From Pseudomonadota bacterium (GTDB taxonomy: Bacteria; Pseudomonadota; Gammaproteobacteria; Burkholderiales; Sulfuriferulaceae): a stretch of 34,829 nt of DNA. Location of the stretch: positions 1-34,829 of the forward strand of contig JAJYGL010000239.1 in assembly GCA_021790625.1 (NCBI GenBank), in the 5' to 3' direction. A program made the translations under genes and the position numbers. The notes beneath the pieces were generated by a model. That model ran no database searches, had not been told where the DNA came from, and worked only from the letters and a program-made list of their open reading frames with translations. Of this stretch, positions 1 through 9,039 are shown piece by piece. Positions within the stretch are counted from its first letter, which is position 1, and each line of letters starts with the position of its first letter.

Positions 1-1
1 G

Positions 2-217
2 TCGCTGCTCGCCGCCCGCGCACAAGCTGCCAAGCCTGCCCGAACCGGCCGCGCGAGCACCGGAAAATCAACGGGAAAGTCAACGGGAAAATCTGCCAGA
101 AAACCAGCCAAATCCACGACCGGCCGGGCACCGGCCGCCAACAAAGCCGGCAACGCGGCAGAAGCGCCAAAAACCCGCCGCACCGTCCGCAAGGCAGCTA
201 CACCCGACAACGCTTGA
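2..217 (+). CDS. 3' end of a gene entering the window; probable DNA topoisomerase I C-terminal basic tail (partial)
   Basis: Frame 2 is open from the window edge to TGA 215-217: SLLAARAQAAKPARTGRASTGKSTGKSTGKSARKPAK...TPDNA*. 'LLAARA' followed by a K/R/A-rich tail resembles the end of TopA C-terminal repeats. Too short to be certain. Confidence 0.5.
   Translation, partial: SLLAARAQAAKPARTGRASTGKSTGKSTGKSARKPAKSTTGRAPAANKAGNAAEAPKTRRTVRKAATPDNA
59..94 (+). repeat. 3 x 12-bp imperfect tandem repeat encoding (TGKS)3
   Basis: accggaaaatca / acgggaaagtca / acgggaaaatct. Confidence 0.8.
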
Positions 218-276
218 CCATCCCCGTCATGTACCGGCAACTCTTTCCACCCAAACAGGCACACCTGCACACAACC

Positions 277-1494
277 ATGCAAAACAAGTCTGGCTGCTCC
301 CAACCAGATATTTCCCGACGCACTGGTTTGCAGACCGTTCTTCAAGCCGTTTTACGCAACTCGCTACTCCCTGCTCTGTTGTTGTCCTCCTCTTTTCTTA
401 CCGCATGCAACCACCCTGCGACCGGCACCCTCCCCGTCATCAAAATTGGCTCCGCTTCACCACTCACTGGCCCGCAGGCGCATCTGGGGCAGGACAATGC
501 CAATGGCGCCCGCCTCGCGGTGGACGAAATCAACGCAGCGGGTCTTGTCATCGGCAAACAGCATTACCGCCTGCAACTGCTGGCCGAAGACGATCAGGCC
601 GATCCGCGCACTGCTACCACCGTCGCCCAACAATTAGTGGATGATGGTGTCGCGGGTGTCATTGGTCATCTGAATTCGGGCGCGACCATCCCTGCTGCCA
701 AAGTATACTTTGATGCCGGTATTCCACAAATTTCCCCCTCAGCCACCGCGACTGCCTACACCCATCTCGGCTTCAACACCGCCTTCCGTGTCATGAGCAA
801 CGACCACCAGCAAGGCGACGCACTGGGACAATACGTGGTGCGACGACTGCACATCAAACGTATCGCCATCATCGACGACCGCACGGCATACGGACAGGGT
901 CTGGCTGACGAGTTTTCCCATGCAGCAACAGCCGCCGGGGCAACCATCGTGGATCGCGAATACACCACCGACAAATCCACCGATTTCCTTGCCATTCTGA
1001 CCGCCATCAAAGCCGCCCAACCACAAATCATCTTTTTTGGTGGCATGGATCCGCAAGCCGGCCCCTTGGCGCGACAAATACAACAACTGGGTATTCACTG
1101 CCCACTCATCGGTGGCGACGGCATGCAAACCGAGCAATTCATCCGCTTGGCCGGCCAGGCGGCCGAAGGCGACTTTGCCTCCAACCCCGGCGTCCCCCTC
1201 GACAAAATGCCGCAAGGTACAGCCTTTGCCAAACGTTTTCGCGCACAATACGGCGAAATCCAGAACTATGCGCCGTATGCCTATGATGCGGTCTACGTCA
1301 TGGTAGACGCCATGCAACGCGCCGGATCACCTGACCCTGCCCGCTACCTGACCGAACTGCCAAAAACAGATTATCAGGGCGTGACCGGCCACATCCAATT
1401 CGATAGCCATGGCGACCTTGCCCACGGCAGCATCACTATTTACCAGGTACAATCCGGCCATTGGCAACCCGTCGAAACACTGAACGGGACGTAA
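277..1494 (+). CDS. Branched-chain amino acid ABC transporter substrate-binding lipoprotein (LivJ/LivK family)
   Basis: IKIG..SPLTGPQAHLG, EDDQADP, GVIGHLNSG, PQISPSAT, DDRTAYGQGLADEF and APYAYDA motifs; lipobox-like FLTAC. ATG 277 chosen over TTG 214; start uncertain. Confidence 0.9.
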   Translation: MQNKSGCSQPDISRRTGLQTVLQAVLRNSLLPALLLSSSFLTACNHPATGTLPVIKIGSASPLTGPQAHLGQDNANGARLAVDEINAAGLVIGKQHYRLQLLAEDDQADPRTATTVAQQLVDDGVAGVIGHLNSGATIPAAKVYFDAGIPQISPSATATAYTHLGFNTAFRVMSNDHQQGDALGQYVVRRLHIKRIAIIDDRTAYGQGLADEFSHAATAAGATIVDREYTTDKSTDFLAILTAIKAAQPQIIFFGGMDPQAGPLARQIQQLGIHCPLIGGDGMQTEQFIRLAGQAAEGDFASNPGVPLDKMPQGTAFAKRFRAQYGEIQNYAPYAYDAVYVMVDAMQRAGSPDPARYLTELPKTDYQGVTGHIQFDSHGDLAHGSITIYQVQSGHWQPVETLNGT

Positions 1495-1519
1495 CCCTCT
1501 CTCTCCGCAAGGATGCAAC

Positions 1520-2569
1520 ATGCTCCCCATCAGACTGACCCAGTTTTCCCATGGCGGCGGCTGTGGCTGTAAAATCGCCCCAGCCCTGCTGCACGACATG
1601 CTCAAGGATTTACCCTCCGGCATCTTGCCCCCTGCATTACTGGTTGGCACAGAAACCAGCGATGACGCGGCTGTTTACCAACTCAACGCCGAACAAGCCA
1701 TCATTGCCACCACCGATTTTTTCATGCCTATCGTAGACGATCCGCACAGTTTTGGCGAAATCGCCGCGACCAATGCCATTTCCGACATCTATGCCATGGG
1801 AGGAAAACCTTTGTTTGCATTGGCCATCGTCGGCATGCCCATCGACAAATTACCACTGGATGTCATGCAGGCGATTCTGGCCGGCGGCGAATCTGCCTGC
1901 CGTCGAGCCGGCATTCCAGTAGCCGGCGGACACTCCATCGATACAGTCGAACCCATTTATGGACTGGCTGTCATCGGCTTGGCACACCCCGACCACATCA
2001 AACGCAACAATGCGGCGCAAACCGGCGATGTCCTCATTCTTGGCAAAGCACTCGGCGTGGGCATTTTAAGTTCCGCGCTCAAAAAAGGCGAATTGCCCGA
2101 CGAAGGCTATGCCGAAATGCTCGCCACCACCACCCAACTCAACACCCCTGGCACCAGTCTGGCCAACCTGCCGGGTGTCCACGCCATGACCGACGTCACC
2201 GGTTTCGGCCTGCTCGGCCATCTACTCGAAATCTGTCGTGGCTCGCAACTGGATGCCCACATCGACTTTAACCGCCTGCCGTTACTGCCCGCTGCGGTAA
2301 CACTGGCCAAATCGGGCCATGCTCCTGGCGCGGCTGCCCGCAACTGGTCAAGTTATGGTGCTGATGTCAGCCTGCCGGAGAATACCCCGCTCTGGCAAAA
2401 AAATCTGCTCTGCGACCCGCAAACCAGCGGCGGCCTGTTGATCGCCTGCGCGCCCGACACCGTTGAACAGGTACTAACCTGCTTTGCCAACGATGGTTTT
2501 ATGCGTTCCACAACCATTGGCACGCTGCAACACGGGATACCGCACGTTCATGTCCATACCCAATCATGA
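1520..2569 (+). CDS. selD: Selenide, water dikinase (Cys form)
   Basis: RLTQFSHGGGCGCKI, SDDAAVY, TTDFFMPIVDDP, GGHSID, TDVTGFGLLGHL and DPQTSGGLL motifs; AAGGA upstream of the ATG. Confidence 0.97.
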   Translation: MLPIRLTQFSHGGGCGCKIAPALLHDMLKDLPSGILPPALLVGTETSDDAAVYQLNAEQAIIATTDFFMPIVDDPHSFGEIAATNAISDIYAMGGKPLFALAIVGMPIDKLPLDVMQAILAGGESACRRAGIPVAGGHSIDTVEPIYGLAVIGLAHPDHIKRNNAAQTGDVLILGKALGVGILSSALKKGELPDEGYAEMLATTTQLNTPGTSLANLPGVHAMTDVTGFGLLGHLLEICRGSQLDAHIDFNRLPLLPAAVTLAKSGHAPGAAARNWSSYGADVSLPENTPLWQKNLLCDPQTSGGLLIACAPDTVEQVLTCFANDGFMRSTTIGTLQHGIPHVHVHTQS

Positions 2570-2740
2570 ACGACACATCAATCACATCAACAAGATACTC
2601 TTCCTCCATGGGAACTTGTCGCTTGTCATCACCAGTAACAAATCAAAGCGTTTTTGTAACCTGATTTATCCCTGCCTCTGCCAAAATGAACGGGCATCAA
2701 CACTTGTCCATTTACCTGTTCATTCACGTGGAGGAATCCC

Positions 2741-3550
2741 ATGCAACCTACCCGTCATCCGCAACAAAAAAAATGTTCGATGGCTGACCAGATTCAGCAT
2801 CGCCCTGACCCTTGCCGTGGGCTTTATCCAGCCAACACTGGCAGCACAAACCAACGTAACACCGCTACGGGTGGTATCCACGCCCAACCCAAATGTCTTT
2901 CCGCTGTTACTGGCCATGAAACAAAATCCGCAACTGCCGGTCAGTCTGGTTCCCGTTGGAACAGGCAGCGATATCGTCAATGCGTTCTCCTCCGGCCAGG
3001 GGGACGCCCTGCTATCGATGACTTATACGGCAGCGCAGGATGTCACCTCTGGAAAAATCCCGCAACTGGAACTGGTTTCCGTCAACTTCTGGCGCGGGTT
3101 CTGGATTCTGGCGCCGAAATCGGCGCAAATCAGCCAGTTTTCGCAGCTGGCCAACGATGGTGTACTGATTGCCGGCCCCACAGCCGGCGGCAAGGGCGGC
3201 GGGCCTGATCTGATATTTCAGGCAGCAGCCCGGCAGGCAGGGATGGGCGCATCCAGTTTCAATCTGTGCTATCTGCCCGTGATGCAAGCTGCGCCCATGA
3301 TGGTGCAACAACAGCCCATGAACAGCAATTCCGCCTGCGCGTCAACCGACAGCATGGCGCCAACCGGCATCTCACTGGTAGAACCGGCAGCCACCGGACT
3401 GGTCATGCAAAGCAAAATGAGTACGGCCAGCAACGCAGTCGCCATCAATAAAGCCATTGACGTACAGACACTGTTTACCGATTATAATGCCTGGCCACAC
3501 ACCGAATTGCCACATGGCGGCATGTCGGTACTCGCTTCCGTACTGATTGA
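2741..3550 (+). pseudogene. Periplasmic substrate-binding-like protein (NitT/TauT-like), frameshifted at an A8 tract and 3'-truncated
   Basis: GGAGGA RBS precedes ATG 2741. That ATG is one base out of frame with the signal peptide and mature protein (NVRWLTRFSIALTLAVGFIQPTLAAQT...) across A8 at 2766-2773. After ~3550 the frame runs through the off-frame kinase sequence. Confidence 0.65.
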
Positions 3551-4500
3551 TCGGCGCCTTGCTCATCCAGTACAACCTGATTTTGCCGCTCAAGGCGCTG
3601 GAATCCGTTGCCTTGCGCATTGGTGACGGCAATATTGATGCCGAATGGCCTGAAAAAAATGCACTGCCCCTGGAATTCGTGCGCATCGTGGCAACCCTTC
3701 GGCAAATGCAGCAACAACTGCAACACCGCGAGCGCGAACGCACCATCATGCTGGCTGGCATTTCGCATGACCTACGCACCCCATTAACCAAATTATGGCT
3801 GGGCGTCGAGATGCTGCGAACCAATACCACCGAGAATGAAATTGTCGAGAATGAAGTTGTCGAACAACTCACCAGCCACATCAAAACCGCTGATCATATC
3901 ATCACCCAATTTATCGAATTTGCCCGCGACGGCAATGCCGAGCCTTTGAGCCTGTGTCACCCTCAAGCCATCATCTACCACGCTGCACAGGCAGCCGTTC
4001 CCGATTCTGCCTGGTTACATTTCGAATGGGGCGAGATGCCTGCCTGCCATCTCCGCGCAACAGGATTACAACGCATTGTCAGCAACCTGGTCGGTAACGC
4101 TGCCCGCCATGGCGCGCCACCAATTTTCATACAGGCCGGCTGGCACCACGGTTTTCTGCAACTGCGCGTCACCGATCATGGCAGCGGCGTGGCCGAACAA
4201 TTATTGCCGTCTATCGGTCAAGCCTTTACACGGGCGAACAGTACGACTCAAGCTGGTTTCGGCCTGGGATTGGCCATCGTCGAGCGCCTCGCTTCCGCCC
4301 ACGGTGGACAAATGCAATGGCGCAACGCGCCAGACGCGGGGTTTGAGGTCACAATCTGTCTGCGCACCACGCCAATCCCGTCAACACCCCATCAACACGC
4401 CGGCAACCACTCCAGCAACCAGCCCGACTCGCCATCTTGCGCCTGCCAGCCGCAAGCAACACCAACCCCCGGAATGCAGACCAACGCTTCCCCACAATAA
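3547..4500 (+). pseudogene. EnvZ/RstB-like sensor histidine kinase lacking its N-terminal sensor region
   Basis: Begins at the tail of TM2 plus HAMP (IGALLIQYNLILPLKAL). H-box LAGISHDLRTPL, N-box NLVGNAARHG, G1 DHGSG, G2 GFGLGLAIV. In-frame TGA lies immediately upstream (3544-3546), there is no RBS, and no cognate regulator is in the window. Confidence 0.75.
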
Positions 4501-5771
4501 ACCAATGGCCATTGCTCGCGTTGCCAGGGTGGTAACGCCGTGGTTTGCCAGAGGTATTTCAACGTGCGTTGCGGCCGATGGCAATCCGGTCTGAAGCGCT
4601 CTCCGCCATGCCGAAATCGAATTGTCAGGTTTTGTGCAGGAAGCAATCCTTTTCCCGTTGCCGTACGAACATGTAATGTGCCAGACAACAATGGCAGCGA
4701 GAACACTATTTCCTGTGTGCCAGACCGAATTCCGTCAAGGCAGAGCGACACAGGTACGCTATTTTTTCGTGCCGATTCATCCAGCATCGTCGCCTCATCA
4801 ACAACCCATACCTGTCCGGCAAAACGGCGCAGGCTGGTTTTTCCAAGACGAATATTCACCATTGCATCACGGCGCGCCTGCAACAACTGCTGCACGATCT
4901 GCGCCAACTGCGCCTCGCTGGGCATGGTCAATTGCTGCTGTGCCAGAAAATAACGCAACAGGTTGCGCGCACGCGCGGGGCTCAACTCGGCCAGTCGCTC
5001 GCATTGCAATCGGTTCTCTTGCCAGGCGCCCTTACCATCCTGAGCCGCCAATTCATCCAGCAGGATTGCCGCGTCGGCAAGATGCCGGGCGCTGCGTGCC
5101 AGCGTGGTTCGCCAGGCAGGGTCATGTTCGGCTATCAGCGGCAATATCCGATGGCGCAAAAAATTGCGTGCATAATGCACATCGGTATTGCTGTCATCTT
5201 CTACCCACTGCAAACGATGCTCGGTTGCCCATGCGAGCAACACAGCACGTTCAACATCCAACAGAGGGCGCAACAGAAATGAGCGGCCCGCTGCCAAGGA
5301 ACGTAGCACGGGCATGCCGGCCAATCCTTTGACACCCGCGCCGCGCAACAGCTGCAACAGCAAGGTTTCGGCCTGATCATCCCGATGATGCGCCAGAACG
5401 AGGTAGTCCGTCTCGATATTTGTAAAAATCTGGTACCGCGCTGTGCGTGCAGCGGCCTCGACCCCTTCACCGCTGTCACGCGGAACCATCACCGGCTGCA
5501 CAAAGCAGGGAACGTTCCATCGTTGACACAAGGCCACACAAAAATCACGCCAATCGTCCGCATATCGACTCAAGCCATGATGAACGTGCACGGCAGACAG
5601 GTGTATGTTCAGCGAATCGCGCAATCCGACGAGCAAATGCAACAGCACCACAGAATCCATGCCGCCGCTCAAACCCACGCAAACACGCGCCCCGGGCTGA
5701 AGAACCTGTTGTAATGAGCGGGCGAACCAGTCAGCCAGCGTTGCGCTGGTGACTGCTTTTGTAGCGCCCAT
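4392..5771 (-). CDS. tilS: tRNA(Ile)-lysidine synthetase
   Basis: PP-loop [42 protein letters not shown]; conserved accA-tilS linkage. Confidence 0.96.
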   Translation of the reverse strand: MGATKAVTSATLADWFARSLQQVLQPGARVCVGLSGGMDSVVLLHLLVGLRDSLNIHLSAVHVHHGLSRYADDWRDFCVALCQRWNVPCFVQPVMVPRDSGEGVEAAARTARYQIFTNIETDYLVLAHHRDDQAETLLLQLLRGAGVKGLAGMPVLRSLAAGRSFLLRPLLDVERAVLLAWATEHRLQWVEDDSNTDVHYARNFLRHRILPLIAEHDPAWRTTLARSARHLADAAILLDELAAQDGKGAWQENRLQCERLAELSPARARNLLRYFLAQQQLTMPSEAQLAQIVQQLLQARRDAMVNIRLGKTSLRRFAGQVWVVDEATMLDESARKNSVPVSLCLDGIRSGTQEIVFSLPLLSGTLHVRTATGKGLLPAQNLTIRFRHGGERFRPDCHRPQRTLKYLWQTTALPPWQREQWPLVYCGEALVCIPGVGVACGWQAQDGESGWLLEWLPAC

Positions 5772-6711
5772 AACCCATCAGACGTTGATAACGCGCCGCC
5801 AGAAGAGCGTCAAGCGAAATTTGCTGCACCTCGGTGAGAATTTCACTTAACGCGAGTTTCATGTTATGCATCATGGCCGCCGGATCACGATGCGCGCCAC
5901 CAGGCGGCTCCGCCACAATGCGGTCAATCAAACCCAATGTTTTCAGGCGCAATGCGGTAATACCCATGATTTCTGCCGCAGTGGACGCCATGTCAGCATT
6001 TTTCCACAAAATAGACGCACAGCCTTCGGGCGAAATAACCGAATAGGTAGAAAATTGCAGCATCAGCGTCCGGTCACCAACGCCAATCGCCAGCGCGCCA
6101 CCCGAACCGCCTTCGCCAATCACCGTACAGATAACAGGCGTGCGTAATTCAGACATCACATACAAATTGCGTGCAATCGCTTCAGACTGATCCCGTTCCT
6201 CAGCGCCGATGCCAGGGTAGGCGCCAGGCGTATCGATGAAAGTAAGAATAGGCAAGCCAAATTTTTCTGCCAGGCGCATCAGTCGCAGCGCTTTGCGATA
6301 GCCCTCCGGACTTGGCATGCCAAAGTTACGGACAATTTTTTCCTTGGTGTCGCGGCCTTTCTGGTGGCCGATGACCATGACCGACTGATTGTTGAACCGG
6401 GCAATGCCGCCCACGATGGCGCGATCATCGGCAAATGACCGATCGCCGTGCAGTTCTTCAAAATCCGAAAACAGCGCGCCGATATAATCCAGCGTATAGG
6501 GACGTTGTGGGTGTCTGGCGAGCTGCGCTATCTGTACTGGCGTCAACTTGGCATAAATATCCTGCGTCAGTTTTTCGCTTTTTTTCTGCAACAAGGTGAG
6601 TTCCTTGGAAATATCCAGATCGCTGCTGTCCTCGTGCACGTTGCGCAACTCTTCTATCTTGACTTCCAGCTCGGCAATCGGTTGCTCAAAATCCAAAAAA
6701 GTGGTTTTCAT
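5731..6711 (-). CDS. accA: Acetyl-CoA carboxylase carboxyltransferase alpha subunit
   Basis: [67 protein letters not shown]. Confidence 0.98.
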   Translation of the reverse strand: MKTTFLDFEQPIAELEVKIEELRNVHEDSSDLDISKELTLLQKKSEKLTQDIYAKLTPVQIAQLARHPQRPYTLDYIGALFSDFEELHGDRSFADDRAIVGGIARFNNQSVMVIGHQKGRDTKEKIVRNFGMPSPEGYRKALRLMRLAEKFGLPILTFIDTPGAYPGIGAEERDQSEAIARNLYVMSELRTPVICTVIGEGGSGGALAIGVGDRTLMLQFSTYSVISPEGCASILWKNADMASTAAEIMGITALRLKTLGLIDRIVAEPPGGAHRDPAAMMHNMKLALSEILTEVQQISLDALLAARYQRLMGYGRYKSSHQRNAG

Positions 6712-6809
6712 GAATCATCACAGCACGCAATATCCGCGCGCGCAAAATTTAACGACCGGTCGCATCATACGTATGGATAACCCGCACAAGCAATAATATT
6801 TATAATTTA

Positions 6810-7298
6810 TCAATGCACATGACCATGATCGCCATGCGCATGTCCATGCGCCACTTCATCGGCCGTCGCAGGGCGTACATCAATAATTTTGCAATCAAAT
6901 TTCAATGTCTGTCCGGCAAGTGGATGATTTCCATCCACAACAACCGTATCGTCGGTCATGTCGGTCACGGTATACAGCAAATATTCGTCGCTGCCTTCCG
7001 GCGCACCCTCAAATTGCATGCCTACTGTCGTGCTTTCCGGAAACATGTGCCGTGGCTCGGTACGCAACAACTCTGCATCGTATTCACCAAAGGCATATTC
7101 CGGTTCCATGACCACGGCCACGGCGTCCCCGACATTTTTTCCTTCCAGCGCTTCTTCCACCGTCGGAAAAATGCCATCATAGCCGCCATGCAGATAGCTG
7201 ATGGCTTCCGTTTCGGTATCGGACTGTTCCAGCAATTCACCAGACAAGTTGCTCAATTGGTAAGTCAATGTGACAATGGTATTTTTGGCGACTTGCAT
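6810..7298 (-). CDS. slyD: FKBP-type peptidyl-prolyl isomerase, SlyD family
   Basis: YLHGG...VEEALEGK, VDGNHPLAGQTLKF, His-rich tail HGHAHGDHGHVH; GAGGAG RBS. Confidence 0.92.
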   Translation of the reverse strand: MQVAKNTIVTLTYQLSNLSGELLEQSDTETEAISYLHGGYDGIFPTVEEALEGKNVGDAVAVVMEPEYAFGEYDAELLRTEPRHMFPESTTVGMQFEGAPEGSDEYLLYTVTDMTDDTVVVDGNHPLAGQTLKFDCKIIDVRPATADEVAHGHAHGDHGHVH

Positions 7299-7359
7299 AC
7301 GCTCCTCGGCGGGCGGTAAAGAATGTGCCTATTTTAACGTATTTTCAGGAATCAGGTTA

Positions 7360-8499
7360 ATGCTATCGCTGGATTTATTGGGTGGATTATCGGCACAAAC
7401 GTTTTTGCGCGATTACTGGCAGAAAAAACCGCTGTTGATACGGCAGGCCATACCCGGATTTACCGGTTTATTAACGCCAGAGGAACTACTGGTTCTGACC
7501 GGACAAGACGACTGCACAGCACGTCTGGTTCGCCAACAAGGGGATGGCTGGCAACTTCGTCACGGCCCGTTCCGACGCAGCGCGTTTCCTGCACTGAAGA
7601 GTCGGCAGCCGTGGACAGTACTGGTGCAAGAATTGAATCATCACTTGCGCAGCGCCGAAGACCTGTTGCAACGGTTTTCTTTCATTCCGCACGCACGACT
7701 CGATGACCTGATGGTCAGCCTCGCCAGTCCCGGTGGAGGCGTTGGACCTCATTTCGACTCTTACGATGTCTTTCTGCTTCAGGGAATGGGAGAACGACAT
7801 TGGCAAATCAGCACTCAGGCCGACCTGACGCTGATTGACGACCTGCCACTAAAAATCCTGCGTCGCTTCACGCCGGAACAGGAGTGGGTGCTCGCTCCCG
7901 GCGACATGCTCTATCTGCCGCCCCATTGTGCGCACAACGGAATTGCCGTCGGCCCCTGCATGACGTACTCAATTGGTTTTCGCGCTCCATCCGCACAGGA
8001 AATCGCCACCCAGTTTCTGATTTATCTACAGGATCGCCTGCAACTGGATGGTGTTTACGCCGATCCCGATTTAAGTTTGCAGGAACATCCGGCGCAAATC
8101 GAGGAGCCAATGCTGGAAAAAATTGCCGGCATGGTCAACCAGATTCGTTGGGACAAACACGACATTGCCGAATTTACCGGTTGCTATCTGAGCGAACCCA
8201 AGGCGCACATTTTCTTCTCTCCACCAGAAACAATGCCTCCCCACGCCGAATTCTGTCGGCAAGTGCGCAAGACCGGCGTGCGACTGGCACCCCAGTCATT
8301 GATGCTGTGTCATGACAAGCGCTTCTTTCTCAACGGCGAACCCATTGATCTGGCCGGCGAATACGAGAGCCTCATCCAGCTCGCCGATACCCGCCAGCTT
8401 GCCGGTGCCGGATTATCGCCGGCCTGTCTGGACTGGCTGTACACCTGTCATGAAGCCGGCTTCGTGCTCATCGAGGAAGAGATCAGAAAATCCGGTTGA
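7360..8499 (+). CDS. roxA: JmjC/cupin 2-oxoglutarate oxygenase, RoxA/YcfD (ribosomal protein L16 Arg hydroxylase) family
   Basis: FLRDYWQKKPLLIRQA, RLDDLMVS, GGVGPHFDSYDVFLLQG, PGDMLYLPP..AHNG, YSIGFRAP. ATG 7360 preferred as start. Confidence 0.88.
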   Translation: MLSLDLLGGLSAQTFLRDYWQKKPLLIRQAIPGFTGLLTPEELLVLTGQDDCTARLVRQQGDGWQLRHGPFRRSAFPALKSRQPWTVLVQELNHHLRSAEDLLQRFSFIPHARLDDLMVSLASPGGGVGPHFDSYDVFLLQGMGERHWQISTQADLTLIDDLPLKILRRFTPEQEWVLAPGDMLYLPPHCAHNGIAVGPCMTYSIGFRAPSAQEIATQFLIYLQDRLQLDGVYADPDLSLQEHPAQIEEPMLEKIAGMVNQIRWDKHDIAEFTGCYLSEPKAHIFFSPPETMPPHAEFCRQVRKTGVRLAPQSLMLCHDKRFFLNGEPIDLAGEYESLIQLADTRQLAGAGLSPACLDWLYTCHEAGFVLIEEEIRKSG

Positions 8500-8938
8500 T
8501 CAAATCCTCACCCAGACCAATTCCCGCCCCCATTTCCATCGCGCGTCCGAAACCGGAATTCAGAAAGCCATCCAGCGCGCCCATCAAGCCAGCCTGCTGC
8601 GGCATCGGCGCGCCGTAGGGTACTTGACCACCGACAAACGGTTGGCCGGGATAAGGTTGGCCGGGGGCAGCTTGTCCAGCATTGGCCTGTGCAGGAAACT
8701 GCTGCGCCTGGTTTTGCCACATGCCATGAATCGCCTGCAACAGCGCCCCCATTTGCTGCTGTTGTTGCTGAAATGCCATGGCAATTTCACGCAAATCGAG
8801 TAACCATTCGCGCGCATCCGTGTTCCCTGCCTGCGCACTGGCCTGTAACTTGCCGGCCAACATCTGAAACTGCTGTACAAACTGCTGGCTTTGCCCCTGC
8901 ATTTGCTGATATTGCTGATCAATCGTTTGAATATCCAT
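8483..8938 (-). CDS. Hypothetical Gln-rich low-complexity protein
   Basis: GAGGAG 5 nt before ATG 8938; Q-rich helical N-half, PGQPYPGQPF linker, Gly-rich amphipathic C-terminus. Confidence 0.75.
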   Translation of the reverse strand: MDIQTIDQQYQQMQGQSQQFVQQFQMLAGKLQASAQAGNTDAREWLLDLREIAMAFQQQQQQMGALLQAIHGMWQNQAQQFPAQANAGQAAPGQPYPGQPFVGGQVPYGAPMPQQAGLMGALDGFLNSGFGRAMEMGAGIGLGEDLINRIF

Positions 8939-9039
8939 AACCACTCCTCATGCATGATGAAATACTGCATATAGGGGCGTTCTGTCGAAGTTGCAAGCCA
9001 CCGTCAAGCAAGACAAGACTTCGCGTTCAGCCTGCGGTC

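Noticed and set aside
1550-1575. SelD as a selenoprotein
   Set aside because: The catalytic position is a TGT Cys codon (GGGCGCK), not TGA.
2484-2740. N-terminal part of the 380-aa ORF
   Set aside because: Overlaps selD and AT-rich intergenic DNA; the real start appears to be the frameshifted ATG at 2741.
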